From positions 21,787 to 85,786 of the forward strand of contig CAKPGC010000001.1 in NCBI GenBank assembly GCA_934154445.1: a stretch of DNA of 64,000 nt. Direction: 5' to 3'. Shown one piece after another: positions 9,420 to 23,395 of the stretch. Under the pieces are notes generated by a model. That model was given only the letters and a program-made list of their open reading frames with translations. It did not search any database and was not told the DNA's origin. How positions within the stretch are numbered: position 1 is the first letter of the stretch; each line of letters starts with the position of its first letter. The stretch comes from an uncultured Clostridia bacterium (GTDB taxonomy: Bacteria > Bacillota > Clostridia > TANB77 > CAG-508). The position numbers and the translations under genes are program-made.

Positions 9420-9590
9420 TACTATTTCAAATTATTATAAATATCAGCTAAAACTTCATAAACAAAATCTCTTTGTTCTTTTTCAGTCATTTCCATTACT
9501 TGTGTAGACATTAAAAATAAATGTCTATATTCAAGAAAATTTATCACTCCATTCTAGAAATAGAACTTTTAAAGTTTTATATAAAATAAA

Positions 9591-9618
9591 AACTTACGAA
9601 CTTTTAAGTCCGTAAGTT
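9591..9618 (-). terminator. terminator hairpin following tRNA-Gly pair
   Basis: aacttacgaa-cttttaag-tccgtaagtt with U-run on the minus-sense side. Confidence 0.5.
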
Positions 9619-9627
9619 GATTTCAAA

Positions 9628-9701
<74 letters not shown>

Positions 9702-9745
9702 ATATATAAAATTGATACCAGTTTTCCACATTTTATAAATATATG

Positions 9746-9819
<74 letters not shown>

Positions 9820-9827
9820 ATTGTTCC

Positions 9828-9868
9828 TGACAGTTATAAATTATAAAGTATTTTTTTATAACTGTCAA
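9828..9868. terminator. perfect 12-bp hairpin downstream of groEL (no adjacent U-tract in minus sense)
   Basis: tgacagttataa..ttataactgtca; may be groESL terminator or processing stem. Confidence 0.4.
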
Positions 9869-9928
9869 GTAATTTTTAAAATTTTTTTAAATTTTTATCT
9901 TCAATTTTTATTTTGTTTGTATTCTTTT

Positions 9929-11594
<1,666 letters not shown>

Positions 11595-11638
11595 TAATTC
11601 ATCACCATTTAAAATCTCTTCTCTATATGGTAATTCCT

Positions 11639-11959
<321 letters not shown>

Positions 11960-11965
11960 TTATTG

Positions 11966-11992
11966 TTAGCACTCTTTTTGTTTAACTGCTAA
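11966..11992 (-). promoter_or_regulatory. CIRCE operator (HrcA site) in groES leader
   Basis: TTAGCACTC-N9-aactGCTAA (2 mismatches to GAGTGCTAA); TTGACA-like promoter just upstream in minus sense. Confidence 0.7.
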
Positions 11993-12135
11993 TAATTTAT
12001 ACCTTTTTTTAGCAATTGTCAATAGAGTTTGCTAAAATTCACATAGATTTCACAATTTTAAAGAAAATATTACTCTTTATATATTTAGACCCTATATTAT
12101 ATTTTTTATTTATTATTTTAGAACCAATACAAAAG

Positions 12136-12168
12136 AAAAAATCTCAGAAAAAATTTCTGAGATTTTTT
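12136..12168. terminator. bidirectional terminator hairpin
   Basis: atctcagaaa-aaa-tttctgagat flanked by A-run and T-run. Confidence 0.7.
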
Positions 12169-12175
12169 AGGACTA

Positions 12176-12628
12176 TTAAGCAATAAGTTGTTCAATATCT
12201 ACTCTATTGTTTTCATCGTCCATTAAATAAATTTGGTCAAAAAGGCCATATTCTTCATGGACAAATCTTATTGCTTTTAAGATATTTGGTCCTTCCTCAT
12301 CAATAGTTCTTTGATCCTTTAAATAAACTCGTATCTCTGTATCACAATAATATGATTCAGGGATCAAGCTAAATTTCAGAAAGCCTATGATTTCACCATC
12401 CTTTGATGTAACTAGAAGAATGAATTTATCATCCTTTTCAACATCTCTTTGTGAAATTAAATCTGTAAGATAATTTCTTTCATCTTCTTCATTTACATTC
12501 ACAAGATTTTTTAGACACTTCATAAAAGCCTCAATATCATCAACCGATAACTCTCTGATGATTAATTCATCTTTCTGAAAAAAGAATCCTTCCTTTCCTT
12601 TGATAGTCCGTATTATTGTCTGTTCCAT
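12176..12628 (-). CDS. hypothetical protein (150 aa), possibly GNAT-like fold
   Basis: ORF with terminator directly downstream; no confident family assignment. Confidence 0.4.
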   Translation of the reverse strand: MEQTIIRTIKGKEGFFFQKDELIIRELSVDDIEAFMKCLKNLVNVNEEDERNYLTDLISQRDVEKDDKFILLVTSKDGEIIGFLKFSLIPESYYCDTEIRVYLKDQRTIDEEGPNILKAIRFVHEEYGLFDQIYLMDDENNRVDIEQLIA

Positions 12629-12727
12629 GGACCCTGTCCTCCTTATGTTTTATATATTCCTATTATACACCTTATTTTCCGAAAAAGCAAATTATGTTAA
12701 TTTTATTATGTATCTTTCATTTTTATA

Positions 12728-14428
<1,701 letters not shown>

Positions 14429-14430
14429 TT

Positions 14431-14462
14431 AACACTTGCCTATAATTTTGGCAAGTGTTTTT
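14431..14462. terminator. hairpin between ppiB-like gene and pyrG leader
   Basis: aacacttgcc-tataatttt-ggcaagtgtt followed by T-run on plus side. Confidence 0.35.
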
Positions 14463-14481
14463 TTATTTTTTTATAATATTT

Positions 14482-15255
14482 TTATTGGTTTTTTCCATAT
14501 TGTTTATATAGCCAACTCATATAATCAAATGGTTCTAAAATTTCTGGTAATCCATAATCAATTCCATAAGTTTCAACTCTAATTGATGTTATTTTTGGCG
14601 GATTTACTGGTGTGCTAACTTCAGCATTTTCAGTTTTTTCACTGCCTTCTGCTACTGTACATTCAATTCCTTCTATTGCATGTACAACATCCATTCCCTC
14701 TGTTACTTTTCCAAAAGATGTATAATATCCATTTAAATTTGTATTTTCTTTTGTCATTATAAAGAATTGTGAACAACCTGAATTATAAGACTCTTCTGTT
14801 AAACCTGAAGAATAGCTTGTATAATCTGCTCTAGCCATTGCCAATGTTCCCTCTTCAAATTTTATTGTATTGGTTACACCATTTGCTAAGAATTCTCCTT
14901 TTATTGAATATTGTTTATTAGCCCCATTATCTTTTAAATCACTTATTTGTGCACCTGTTGTTCCATCACCATTTTTTGAACCAGCTTGTATCATAAAGTC
15001 TTTTACAACTCTATGAAAAGAAGTTCCATCATAAAAACCTCTATTAGCTAACGCTATAAAATTTGATACTGTTTCAGGTGCTTGATCTGGATATAATTCA
15101 ATCTTTATAGTTCCAAAGTTTTCAACTTCCATTGTTACAATTGGGTTCTGAGATATAAATGTTGCTTTTTTATAATATCCATATCCAACACTACCTATTA
15201 ATATTATTATAACTATTAATGCTATAATCCAAATAATTTTCCATAAATTTTTCAT
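14482..15255 (-). CDS. membrane-anchored cyclophilin-type peptidyl-prolyl isomerase
   Basis: 257 aa; N-terminal TM helix; FHRVVKDFMIQAGS cyclophilin core. Confidence 0.85.
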   Translation of the reverse strand: MKNLWKIIWIIALIVIIILIGSVGYGYYKKATFISQNPIVTMEVENFGTIKIELYPDQAPETVSNFIALANRGFYDGTSFHRVVKDFMIQAGSKNGDGTTGAQISDLKDNGANKQYSIKGEFLANGVTNTIKFEEGTLAMARADYTSYSSGLTEESYNSGCSQFFIMTKENTNLNGYYTSFGKVTEGMDVVHAIEGIECTVAEGSEKTENAEVSTPVNPPKITSIRVETYGIDYGLPEILEPFDYMSWLYKQYGKNQ

Positions 15256-15315
15256 TTTAATAACTCTCCTTTTTATTTTTTACCATTTATAAATTAAAGT
15301 TTAAAGTAATAACAA

Positions 15316-16368
15316 TTACTCAAACATAAATTGTTCTTGCATTCTTCTTAAAGCTTGTTTAATTGTCCTTGCTCTTACTTCTCCAATTCCATCAACTTCG
15401 TCTAAGCTTTCTATATCTGCTGCCAATATATGTTGAAAAGATTTGAATGATAATACAAGATTTTCTACTATATTAGATGGCATTCTTGGTATTTTATTTA
15501 GAATTCTATATCCTCTTGTATATACACCAACTTCATCATAATTATCAAAAGTTTCATAGCCTAGCATTTTTGCAATTATACCTTCTTTTGTTATTTCATC
15601 ATATTGTGTTTTGGCTAACTCTTCCATTATTTTTTCAGGTGTCTTTCTTTTTTTGGCAGGAGCCATATAATCTTTAATAATTAGATTTTCTTCCTTTTCT
15701 AATCCTCCCATTAATTCTTCTAATTGCATATCTACCAGTCTTCCATCTTCTCCAAGTTCATATATTTGGCTTTTAATTTCGTCTGCAATTCTTCTTACCA
15801 TTTCTGCTCTTTGTATTACATCTATAACATTTTTTAATGTAACTATATCATTAAATTCATATTCATTTAATATTCCTAATTTATTATCAAATACCTTTTT
15901 ATATCTTTCTAGTGTTTGTATACCTTGATTAGCTTTGTTTAGTACTGCATTTGTATCTTCTAGTATATATCTGAAATTTCCTTTGAATATTGTAATTATA
16001 TTTCTTCTTTGAGATATACTTATAACTAATTCTCCTGTTTGTTTTGCTGTTCTTTCAGCTGTTCTGTGCCTAGTTCCTGTTTCTCTTGTTTCTATATCTC
16101 TTGATGGTATTAATTGTGCATTAGCAAATAAAATTCTTTTTAGGTCTCCACTTAAAACTATAGCTCCATCCATTTTTGCAAGTTCATATAACCTTGAAGA
16201 TGTATATTCTTCATTTATATAAAAACCTCCATCAACGACTTCTTTTATTACATCTTTATCATCCGTTATAAGTAGCAAAGCACCTGTTTTTGCTCTTAAT
16301 ATATTTTCAAGCCCATCTCTTATAGGCGTACCTGGTGCTATTAATTTTAGAAGTTCTGTCAATTTCAT
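15316..16368 (-). CDS. disA: DNA integrity scanning protein DisA (diadenylate cyclase)
   Basis: 350 aa; DAC domain (DGAIVLSGDLKRI), linker and C-terminal HhH. Confidence 0.9.
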   Translation of the reverse strand: MKLTELLKLIAPGTPIRDGLENILRAKTGALLLITDDKDVIKEVVDGGFYINEEYTSSRLYELAKMDGAIVLSGDLKRILFANAQLIPSRDIETRETGTRHRTAERTAKQTGELVISISQRRNIITIFKGNFRYILEDTNAVLNKANQGIQTLERYKKVFDNKLGILNEYEFNDIVTLKNVIDVIQRAEMVRRIADEIKSQIYELGEDGRLVDMQLEELMGGLEKEENLIIKDYMAPAKKRKTPEKIMEELAKTQYDEITKEGIIAKMLGYETFDNYDEVGVYTRGYRILNKIPRMPSNIVENLVLSFKSFQHILAADIESLDEVDGIGEVRARTIKQALRRMQEQFMFE

Positions 16369-16381
16369 TCCTCCCTTATTT

Positions 16382-17778
16382 TTAAGTAAAACATCTATTT
16401 ATTGCTTCATTTACATCTTTGACACCTATTATATCTAATTTAAATTTTTCTTTCAACCCTTTTTTATTACTTTCTGGAATTATACATCTTTTAAATCCCA
16501 ATTTTTCAGCCTCTTTTAGTCTTTTTTCAATTAAATTAATTCTTCTTACTTCGCCTGTTAGCCCAACTTCTCCCATTATAACTGTTCCTTTTTCTATTGG
16601 AATATTTTTATAACTTGAAGCAGTTACCATTAGAATTCCTAAGTCAATTGATGGTTCATTTATCTTTAATCCTCCTGCTACATTCAAGTAAACATCTTGT
16701 GTTCCCAAATTCATTCCTGCTCTTTTCTCTAAAACAGCAATTAAAAGTGCTAATCTATTATAATCAATTCCATTAGCTGTTCTTTTTGGAAATCCAAATA
16801 CACTTTGAGTTGTTAATGCTTGTAATTCTACTAACATGGTTCTAGTTCCTTCCATACAAGCTACTATACAAGAACCAGGTGGATTATCTTCTCTTTCTGA
16901 AATTAATATATCTGAAGGATTAGTTATTTCACCCATTCCTTCTCCTCTCATTTCAAACATACCAATTTCATTTGTAGAACCAAATCTATTCTTTACTCCT
17001 CTTAAAATTCTATACGAAAAATATCTTTCTCCCTCCAAATAAAGTACAGTGTCTACCATGTGTTCTAATACCCTTGGACCTGCTATATTTCCATCTTTTG
17101 TAACATGACCAATTATAATTGTTGTAATATTTCTTGATTTACATACTCTCATTATTTGAGAAGTAATTTCCCTAACTTGACTCACACTTCCGTGCTGCTG
17201 CTGAAATTTCTTCAGAATACATTGTTTGAATTGAATCTATTATAACTAACTTAGGGTTTAATTCTATTATATTTTTATTGACTATATCAATATCAGTTTC
17301 TCCTAAAAATAAAATATCATCATTATTAATTCCGTAATCTATCAGATCTCAATTTAATTTGTTCTGCAGACTCTTCTCCTGAGACATATAAGACTTTACC
17401 TTCTCCTTTGACTTTATCACATAATTGTAGAATCAATGTAGATTTTCCAATTCCTGGTTCACCACCAAGTAAAGTTAGTGAACCTTTCACCAAACCTCCA
17501 CCTAGTACTCTGTCTAACTCACCAAAGCCTGTGGAAATTCTTATTGTTTCTTTTGCCTCATAAGAATTTAATTTTTGTGGTATATTATTAGAAGATTTAT
17601 CAGATTTTAATGCACTATTCTTGCTTTCAATGATTTTTTGTTCAAAAAATGTATTCCAGCTACCACATGCAGGACATTTTCCTAACCATTTTCCTGATTC
17701 GTATCCACATTCATTACATACAAAAATTGTCTTGTTTTTTGCCATTTTTACCTCCCTATCCGAAAAGGACATTAACAA
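16382..17778 (-). pseudogene. radA: DNA repair protein RadA/Sms interrupted by two +1 frameshifts
   Basis: N-terminal piece (zinc finger CNECGYESGKW..CPACGSWNTF, Walker A GGEPGIGKST) and C-terminal Lon-like piece in different frames; connecting LGINNDDILFLGETDIDIV..KLVIIDSIQTMYSEEISAAA readable in a third frame; each shift is an extra C before GGA. Confidence 0.8.
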
Positions 17779-17842
17779 AAAAAGTATAACACATATTCTT
17801 CATATCTGCTATACTTTTTTATTTTTTCACGAAAATTTCACA

Positions 17843-18154
17843 TTATTTTTTGCTTCCGAATGTAACTTCTTGGAATAAAAAGTCATGTACTTTTTCCCAT
17901 GTAATTTCTTGATGTAAAAATTCATTTATATCATCTTCAACTTTTTGTTGCTTTGGTGTTAATTCAACTTTTATTTCTTTATTCCAATCAATATCTTGCA
18001 ACCAAAAAGCTTTAAATTTTTGCCAAAATCCAACTTTTGCAGGTAATCCTGGATTTTTTATTGTTCCAGCATTTTCCATTACATTTTTATCTTGTATTTC
18101 GTTATCAAATTCTACTCCACCAAATACATTTTTTTCTTGTTCTAGCTCTGACAT
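17843..18154 (-). CDS. hypothetical protein (103 aa)
   Basis: ORF only; no recognisable domain. Confidence 0.4.
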   Translation of the reverse strand: MSELEQEKNVFGGVEFDNEIQDKNVMENAGTIKNPGLPAKVGFWQKFKAFWLQDIDWNKEIKVELTPKQQKVEDDINEFLHQEITWEKVHDFLFQEVTFGSKK

Positions 18155-18295
18155 TTGTTATTTCCTCCTTCGTAATCTATTCACTAATTATTTTATACTA
18201 TAAACAACTTTAAATATCAATACTTTTGGCCTCTTTTTTTATTAAGTTTTCGTTACATAAATATTACATTTTTGTTACATATTAACATTGTTTTT

Positions 18296-19627
18296 CTATA
18301 TTTCAGCCAATATGTATTCTTCATGAGCCTCTTTGCATTTAACTCTTTTTATTTTATTATCTAATTTTTCTTTAGATTCACAATACACCATTATATAATT
18401 CTGAGTATGTCCCTTATATACATCAGCTTTTTCTTCTTCAAATAAAACATCTACTTCTTTACCTATATAATTATTGTTATACTCAAGTTCATTTTTGTTT
18501 GATAATTCAATTAATTTTTTACTTCTTTGTTCCTTTATATCTCCAGGAACTTGATTTTCCATTACTGCAGCTTTAGTAACTTTTCTTGGTGAATATTTAA
18601 ATACATGCATTTTATAGAATTTTATTTCTTTTAGAAACTCATAAGTTTGACAAAATTCTTTACCTGTCTCTCCAGGAAAACCAACTATTATATCTGTTGT
18701 TAAATTAACATCTTTATATGTACGTCTTAATATACTAACTATGTTTCTAAATTGTTCAGTTGTATACCTTCTATTCATTCTTTTTAGTGTTTCATCACAG
18801 CCACTTTGTAATGATAGATGAAAATGATGACATATTTTTTCTAATTTTTTTAGTCTTTCAACAAATTCTTCTGTTATTAATAATGGTTCTATTGATCCTA
18901 ATCTTATTCTTTCTATTCCATCTATTTTATTTATCTCTTCTAGCAAATCTATTAATTTATAATTTTTTAAGTTATCGTCGTCACAAAAAGCAAAATCTTT
19001 GCCATAAGATGCTATATGTATTCCTGTTATTACAACTTCTTTTATTCCTTTTTGAGAGATTTCTGTAATTTCTGATATTATACTTTCTGGCTTTCTGCTT
19101 CTTACTCTTCCTCTTGCGTAAGGTATTATACAATATGAACAAAATCTATCACATCCATCTTGGATTTTTATAACAGCTCTTGTTTTTTCTGAAAAAGTTA
19201 TATTTCCAAAATCAGAAAATTCCTTTGATTGCATTACATCTTCTATTTCGAATTTTTTTTCGTTTTTTCTTAGATATTGTTCTATATACTTTACAATTTC
19301 TACTTTTTCATTATTTCCTAAAACTAAGTCTATTTCTGGTATTTGAGATAATTCTTCTTTTGCAACTTGTGCATAACATCCTACAGCAACAACTATCGTA
19401 TCAGGATTTTTCTCCTTCATCCTCCTAAGCATTTGTCTTGATTTTCTATCAGACATATTTGTTACTGTACATGTATTTATTATACACACATCTGGTTTTT
19501 CTTCTGAATTATCATTATTTTCTTCTATTACTTTATATCCATTTTCTAAAAATTTTTGTGTCATTGCATTTGTTTCATATTGATTTACTTTACATCCCAA
19601 TGTTATAAATTTAATTATCTTTTTCAT
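18296..19627 (-). CDS. MiaB-like radical-SAM tRNA/ribosomal methylthiotransferase
   Basis: 443 aa; MTTase N-domain, radical SAM CxxxCxxC (CDRFCSYCIIP), TRAM-like C-terminus. Confidence 0.8.
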   Translation of the reverse strand: MKKIIKFITLGCKVNQYETNAMTQKFLENGYKVIEENNDNSEEKPDVCIINTCTVTNMSDRKSRQMLRRMKEKNPDTIVVAVGCYAQVAKEELSQIPEIDLVLGNNEKVEIVKYIEQYLRKNEKKFEIEDVMQSKEFSDFGNITFSEKTRAVIKIQDGCDRFCSYCIIPYARGRVRSRKPESIISEITEISQKGIKEVVITGIHIASYGKDFAFCDDDNLKNYKLIDLLEEINKIDGIERIRLGSIEPLLITEEFVERLKKLEKICHHFHLSLQSGCDETLKRMNRRYTTEQFRNIVSILRRTYKDVNLTTDIIVGFPGETGKEFCQTYEFLKEIKFYKMHVFKYSPRKVTKAAVMENQVPGDIKEQRSKKLIELSNKNELEYNNNYIGKEVDVLFEEEKADVYKGHTQNYIMVYCESKEKLDNKIKRVKCKEAHEEYILAEI

Positions 19628-19729
19628 TTTTTTCCCTTCTCTGACTTAATAAAAGACGAATTCAAATTGGTTGAAATATTAAATTATTTTAAACCAATTA
19701 AAACCCGTCCACTATGGTCTAATCTCCAA

Positions 19730-20737
19730 TTATTTTGTTTTTCCATCTAGTACATCTAAATTATCTAATGCTTTACCTGTTCCTAATGCAACACATGATA
19801 TAGAATCTTGTGCTATCATTACATTTATTCCTGTTTTTTCTTGTAATAATTTATCTAATCCATCTACTAGACAACCTCCACCTGTCATATATATTCCTTT
19901 ATCACTTATATCTGCTGCTAATTCTGGTGGTGTTTTTTCCAATACACTGTGTACTGCATCAACAATCATCATAGCAGGTTCTATTAATGCTTCTAACATT
20001 TCACTTGAATGTACAGTAACAGTTCTTGGTAGTCCAGTACTTAAATCTCTTCCTCTGATATCCATTTCTGCATCTTGTATTTTAGGATATACACATCCTA
20101 TATTAACTTTTAAGTCTTCAGCTGTTCTTTCTCCTATTGCTATATTATGTTTTTTCTTTATATATTTTACTATATATTCATCAAATTTATCTCCGGCAAC
20201 TTTTAATGATGTACTTACAACTGAACCTCCTAAAGAAATTACTGCAATATCAGTTGTCCCACCACCAATATCTACTACCATATTTCCACATGGTTTTGAT
20301 ATATCTATTCCTGCTCCAATTGCTGCTGCAATTGGTTCTTCAATTAAATAAACTTTTCTAGCTCCCGCTTGCATTGCTGCATCTATTACTGCCTTTTTTT
20401 CTACTTCTGTAACTTGTGATGGTATACAAATCATTATTCTTGGTGCAAATATAGATTTTCCACATACTTTTCCTATAAAATGTTTTAACATTTTTTCTGT
20501 AACTGTATAATCTGATATTACTCCATCTCTTAATGGTCTTGTTGCAACTATGTTTCCTGGTGTTCTTCCAAGCATTCTTCTTGCCTCTCCACCAACTGCC
20601 AATACATCTCCTGTATTTCTATCTACTGCAACCACTGATGGTTCTCTTAATACTATTCCTCTTCCTTTTATATACACAATTACTGTAGCTGTTCCTAAAT
20701 CTATTCCTACGTCTTGTCCAAATCCAAATTTTAACAT
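19730..20737 (-). CDS. mreB: rod shape-determining actin-like protein MreB/Mbl
   Basis: 335 aa; GIDLGTATVIVYIKGRGIV and actin-fold phosphate motifs. Confidence 0.9.
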   Translation of the reverse strand: MLKFGFGQDVGIDLGTATVIVYIKGRGIVLREPSVVAVDRNTGDVLAVGGEARRMLGRTPGNIVATRPLRDGVISDYTVTEKMLKHFIGKVCGKSIFAPRIMICIPSQVTEVEKKAVIDAAMQAGARKVYLIEEPIAAAIGAGIDISKPCGNMVVDIGGGTTDIAVISLGGSVVSTSLKVAGDKFDEYIVKYIKKKHNIAIGERTAEDLKVNIGCVYPKIQDAEMDIRGRDLSTGLPRTVTVHSSEMLEALIEPAMMIVDAVHSVLEKTPPELAADISDKGIYMTGGGCLVDGLDKLLQEKTGINVMIAQDSISCVALGTGKALDNLDVLDGKTK

Positions 20738-20942
20738 GAAATTTCTTCCCTTCTATATAAAATAACTGTCTTTTTTTATTTCACTTTTGTTACATTTGCA
20801 TTACGATTATATTACAAATATGAAAATTTATCAATACATTTCATTGAATTTTTTACTTTTTTATATTATAATATCTTTAGTAAATTTTAAACATTTTTTC
20901 ACAAACTTTAAACATTTACAAAAAGTATTGTAGGAGATTATA

Positions 20943-21374
20943 ATGAATAATTTTGTTTTTAAATCAAATTCTGAAAAATCAACAAAAAATTTTGCAAGAG
21001 ACTTAGCATCAAAATCAAAAAAAGGAGATGTTATTGTACTTTCTGGTGACTTGGGTTCTGGAAAAACTAAATTTACAGAGGGTTTTTTATCTTATTTTGG
21101 TCTTGAAGATGAAATTTCCAGTCCTACTTTTACAATTGTTAATGAATATCATAAAAATGATATAAATATCTATCATTTCGATGTATATAGATTAGAAGAT
21201 TCTTCTGAATTTTATGCAATTGGTGGAGAGGAATATTTTGATAAAGGAATTTGCATAATTGAATGGGGCGAAATGATTGAGGATGCTTTACCAAAAAAAT
21301 ATATTAAAATTGACTTTAATAGATGCCTCGATGATGAAAATTCAAGAATTTTAAATGTTAGTTTTATTGGATAA
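20943..21374 (+). CDS. tsaE: tRNA t6A biosynthesis ATPase TsaE
   Basis: 143 aa; P-loop LSGDLGSGKT. Confidence 0.85.
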   Translation: MNNFVFKSNSEKSTKNFARDLASKSKKGDVIVLSGDLGSGKTKFTEGFLSYFGLEDEISSPTFTIVNEYHKNDINIYHFDVYRLEDSSEFYAIGGEEYFDKGICIIEWGEMIEDALPKKYIKIDFNRCLDDENSRILNVSFIG

Positions 21375-21410
21375 TTTTAAAAATATGCCAGATTTGAAAG
21401 GAGTTTTATT

Positions 21411-22073
21411 TTGAAAATTTTATGTATCGATACTTCAAGCACATTATGTAGTGTTGCCATTTTAGAGAACACTAATTTAATTAATAAACTAGAACTAAAT
21501 AATGGTCTAACTCATTCTGAAACTTTAATGCCTTTAATTAAAGAGCTTTTTGATAAAAGCAACTTATCTTTAAAAGATATTAATTTAATAGTTTCTGACA
21601 TAGGACCAGGTTCTTTTACTGGAATTAGAATCGGAGTTGCCACATGCAAAGCTTTTTCTGATAGCTTAAATATTCCATGCATTGGTATTTCTTCTTTAGA
21701 AGTATTAGCTTATAATATTAAAAATGATGGTTTAATTTGTAGCACAATAGATTGTAAAAATGACAATTGTTATTTTGCTCTTTACGAACTTTCAAACGGA
21801 AATTATACAGTTTTAGAGCAACCTTGTGCAAAAACTGTTCAAGAGGTTTTAGATTTATTAGACAAAAAATATACAAACAAATCTATTAAATTTGTAGGTG
21901 ATGGTATTCCTACAAAATCTACAGATTGCTACTTAAATATTGAGAATCTTGGAATTGCAGGATTCAAAAAATTCGAATCTACAGAAGTTATTAATGAAAA
22001 TGTTTTACCTTTATATTTAAAGAAACCTCAAGCCCAAAAGCAATTAGAGGAGAAACTTAAAAATTCCATATAG
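21411..22073 (+). CDS. tsaB: tRNA t6A biosynthesis protein TsaB
   Basis: 220 aa; MKILCIDTSS YeaZ-type start. Confidence 0.85.
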   Translation: MKILCIDTSSTLCSVAILENTNLINKLELNNGLTHSETLMPLIKELFDKSNLSLKDINLIVSDIGPGSFTGIRIGVATCKAFSDSLNIPCIGISSLEVLAYNIKNDGLICSTIDCKNDNCYFALYELSNGNYTVLEQPCAKTVQEVLDLLDKKYTNKSIKFVGDGIPTKSTDCYLNIENLGIAGFKKFESTEVINENVLPLYLKKPQAQKQLEEKLKNSI

Positions 22074-22074
22074 A

Positions 22075-22530
22075 TTGGAGATTATTATGAATTTTAAAAT
22101 TGAAAAAATGACTATAGAATCTTTAAATTCAATACAAGATATTTTACTTTCAGATTTTGATGATTTTTGGACATATTCCATACTTAATCAAGAATTGAAT
22201 TGTGATAGTTCTTATTTTATAGTTGCAAAATCCAATGATGAAATTGTTGGTTTTGCTGGTTTAAAAGTAATTTGTGATGAAGCAGATATTATGAATATTG
22301 TTGTGAAAAAAGATTTTAGACACAATGGTATTGGTTCAATTCTATTGGATCATCTAATTTCTTATGCTAAATCATTAGATTTAAATTCTATTACTTTAGA
22401 AGTCAATGAAAATAATTTATATGCACTTAAACTATATGATAAATTCAACTTTGACCACATTGGTATTAGAAAAAAATACTATAATGGTAAAAATGATGCA
22501 ATTATAATGAGTAAAAATTTAAAAGCTTAA
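22075..22530 (+). CDS. rimI: ribosomal-protein-alanine N-acetyltransferase RimI (GNAT)
   Basis: 151 aa GNAT following tsaB, the conserved tsaE-tsaB-rimI order. Confidence 0.8.
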   Translation: MEIIMNFKIEKMTIESLNSIQDILLSDFDDFWTYSILNQELNCDSSYFIVAKSNDEIVGFAGLKVICDEADIMNIVVKKDFRHNGIGSILLDHLISYAKSLDLNSITLEVNENNLYALKLYDKFNFDHIGIRKKYYNGKNDAIIMSKNLKA

Positions 22531-22560
22531 AAGTAAAATCCAAAACTTTTAAGCTTTTAT
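22521..22560. terminator. bidirectional terminator between rimI and S4-domain gene
   Basis: aagcttaaaag-loop-cttttaagctt, 11-bp perfect stem. Confidence 0.7.
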
Positions 22561-22568
22561 TTCATTTT

Positions 22569-23372
22569 CTAAACATATTTTTCAATTTTCACAACATTTC
22601 TTCCACTTCTTGTTGTTCCCGAAATTTCCTTAACTACAAATCTTCCTTTTCCTCTTATAGTTATAACATCTCCCATTTTTACTTGTTTAGAAGGTTTTGT
22701 TTCATTTTGTCCATTAATAAAAACCCTCTCACTATCAATAATTTGAACCGCTTTATTTCTAGAGGTTTTAGCTAAATCAGAAACAAAATTGTCAAGTCTT
22801 AAAGATGGGACAATAATATTTAACTCCTCTAATTTAATTTCTTGTTTTTTTAAATTATCTAATTCAACTATATCTATTCTTGCGTTTTCAAATCTGGTAA
22901 GAGTTCCTAATCCTTGTTTTAAAGATTCTGCAATTTCTTCTTTTACCAATATATCAGCTCCGTCATCTGCAACTATTATATCTCCAACCTTTTCTCTTTT
23001 CATTCCAAGTTTTACAATTCCACCTAAATAGTTTCTATGAAAAAATTTTCCTTTATCTTCTTCATTTAATTCAATTCTTATGGCTCTAATAATTTTAGAA
23101 TAATTTTTTTCTATCATGCTCATATTATATCTTTCAGGATATATTATAAGTACTTTTCTCTCACTATCCTCAAATCCACCATATAAAACATAATTTTCAA
23201 AGTCATTTTTTCTCATAAAGTTCTTGACTAATGCTAATTGATACATATCTAAGAAATCCGTATATTCCAATCTTTCTCTTTGTTTTGAAAATTCTATTTT
23301 ATCTAATATTTGTGCTAATAATATTTTATCTTCTTGTTTTTTATAATCACTTAAAATTTTTTGTTTATCCAT
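22569..23372 (-). CDS. RNA-binding S4 domain protein (YlmH-like)
   Basis: 267 aa; C-terminal S4 motif LRLDNFVSDLAKTSRNKAVQIIDSERVFINGQ. Confidence 0.6.
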   Translation of the reverse strand: MDKQKILSDYKKQEDKILLAQILDKIEFSKQRERLEYTDFLDMYQLALVKNFMRKNDFENYVLYGGFEDSERKVLIIYPERYNMSMIEKNYSKIIRAIRIELNEEDKGKFFHRNYLGGIVKLGMKREKVGDIIVADDGADILVKEEIAESLKQGLGTLTRFENARIDIVELDNLKKQEIKLEELNIIVPSLRLDNFVSDLAKTSRNKAVQIIDSERVFINGQNETKPSKQVKMGDVITIRGKGRFVVKEISGTTRSGRNVVKIEKYV

Positions 23373-23395
23373 TTAAAATCTCTTTTCCTCTTTTT

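Noticed and set aside
9425-9511. 28-aa minus-strand ORF (MSTQVMEMTEKEQRDFVYEVLADIYNNLK) between the tRNAs and the zinc-ribbon gene terminator
   Set aside because: Too short, with no RBS or conservation evidence; the region also contains a small inverted repeat and is probably a tRNA-operon promoter/leader.
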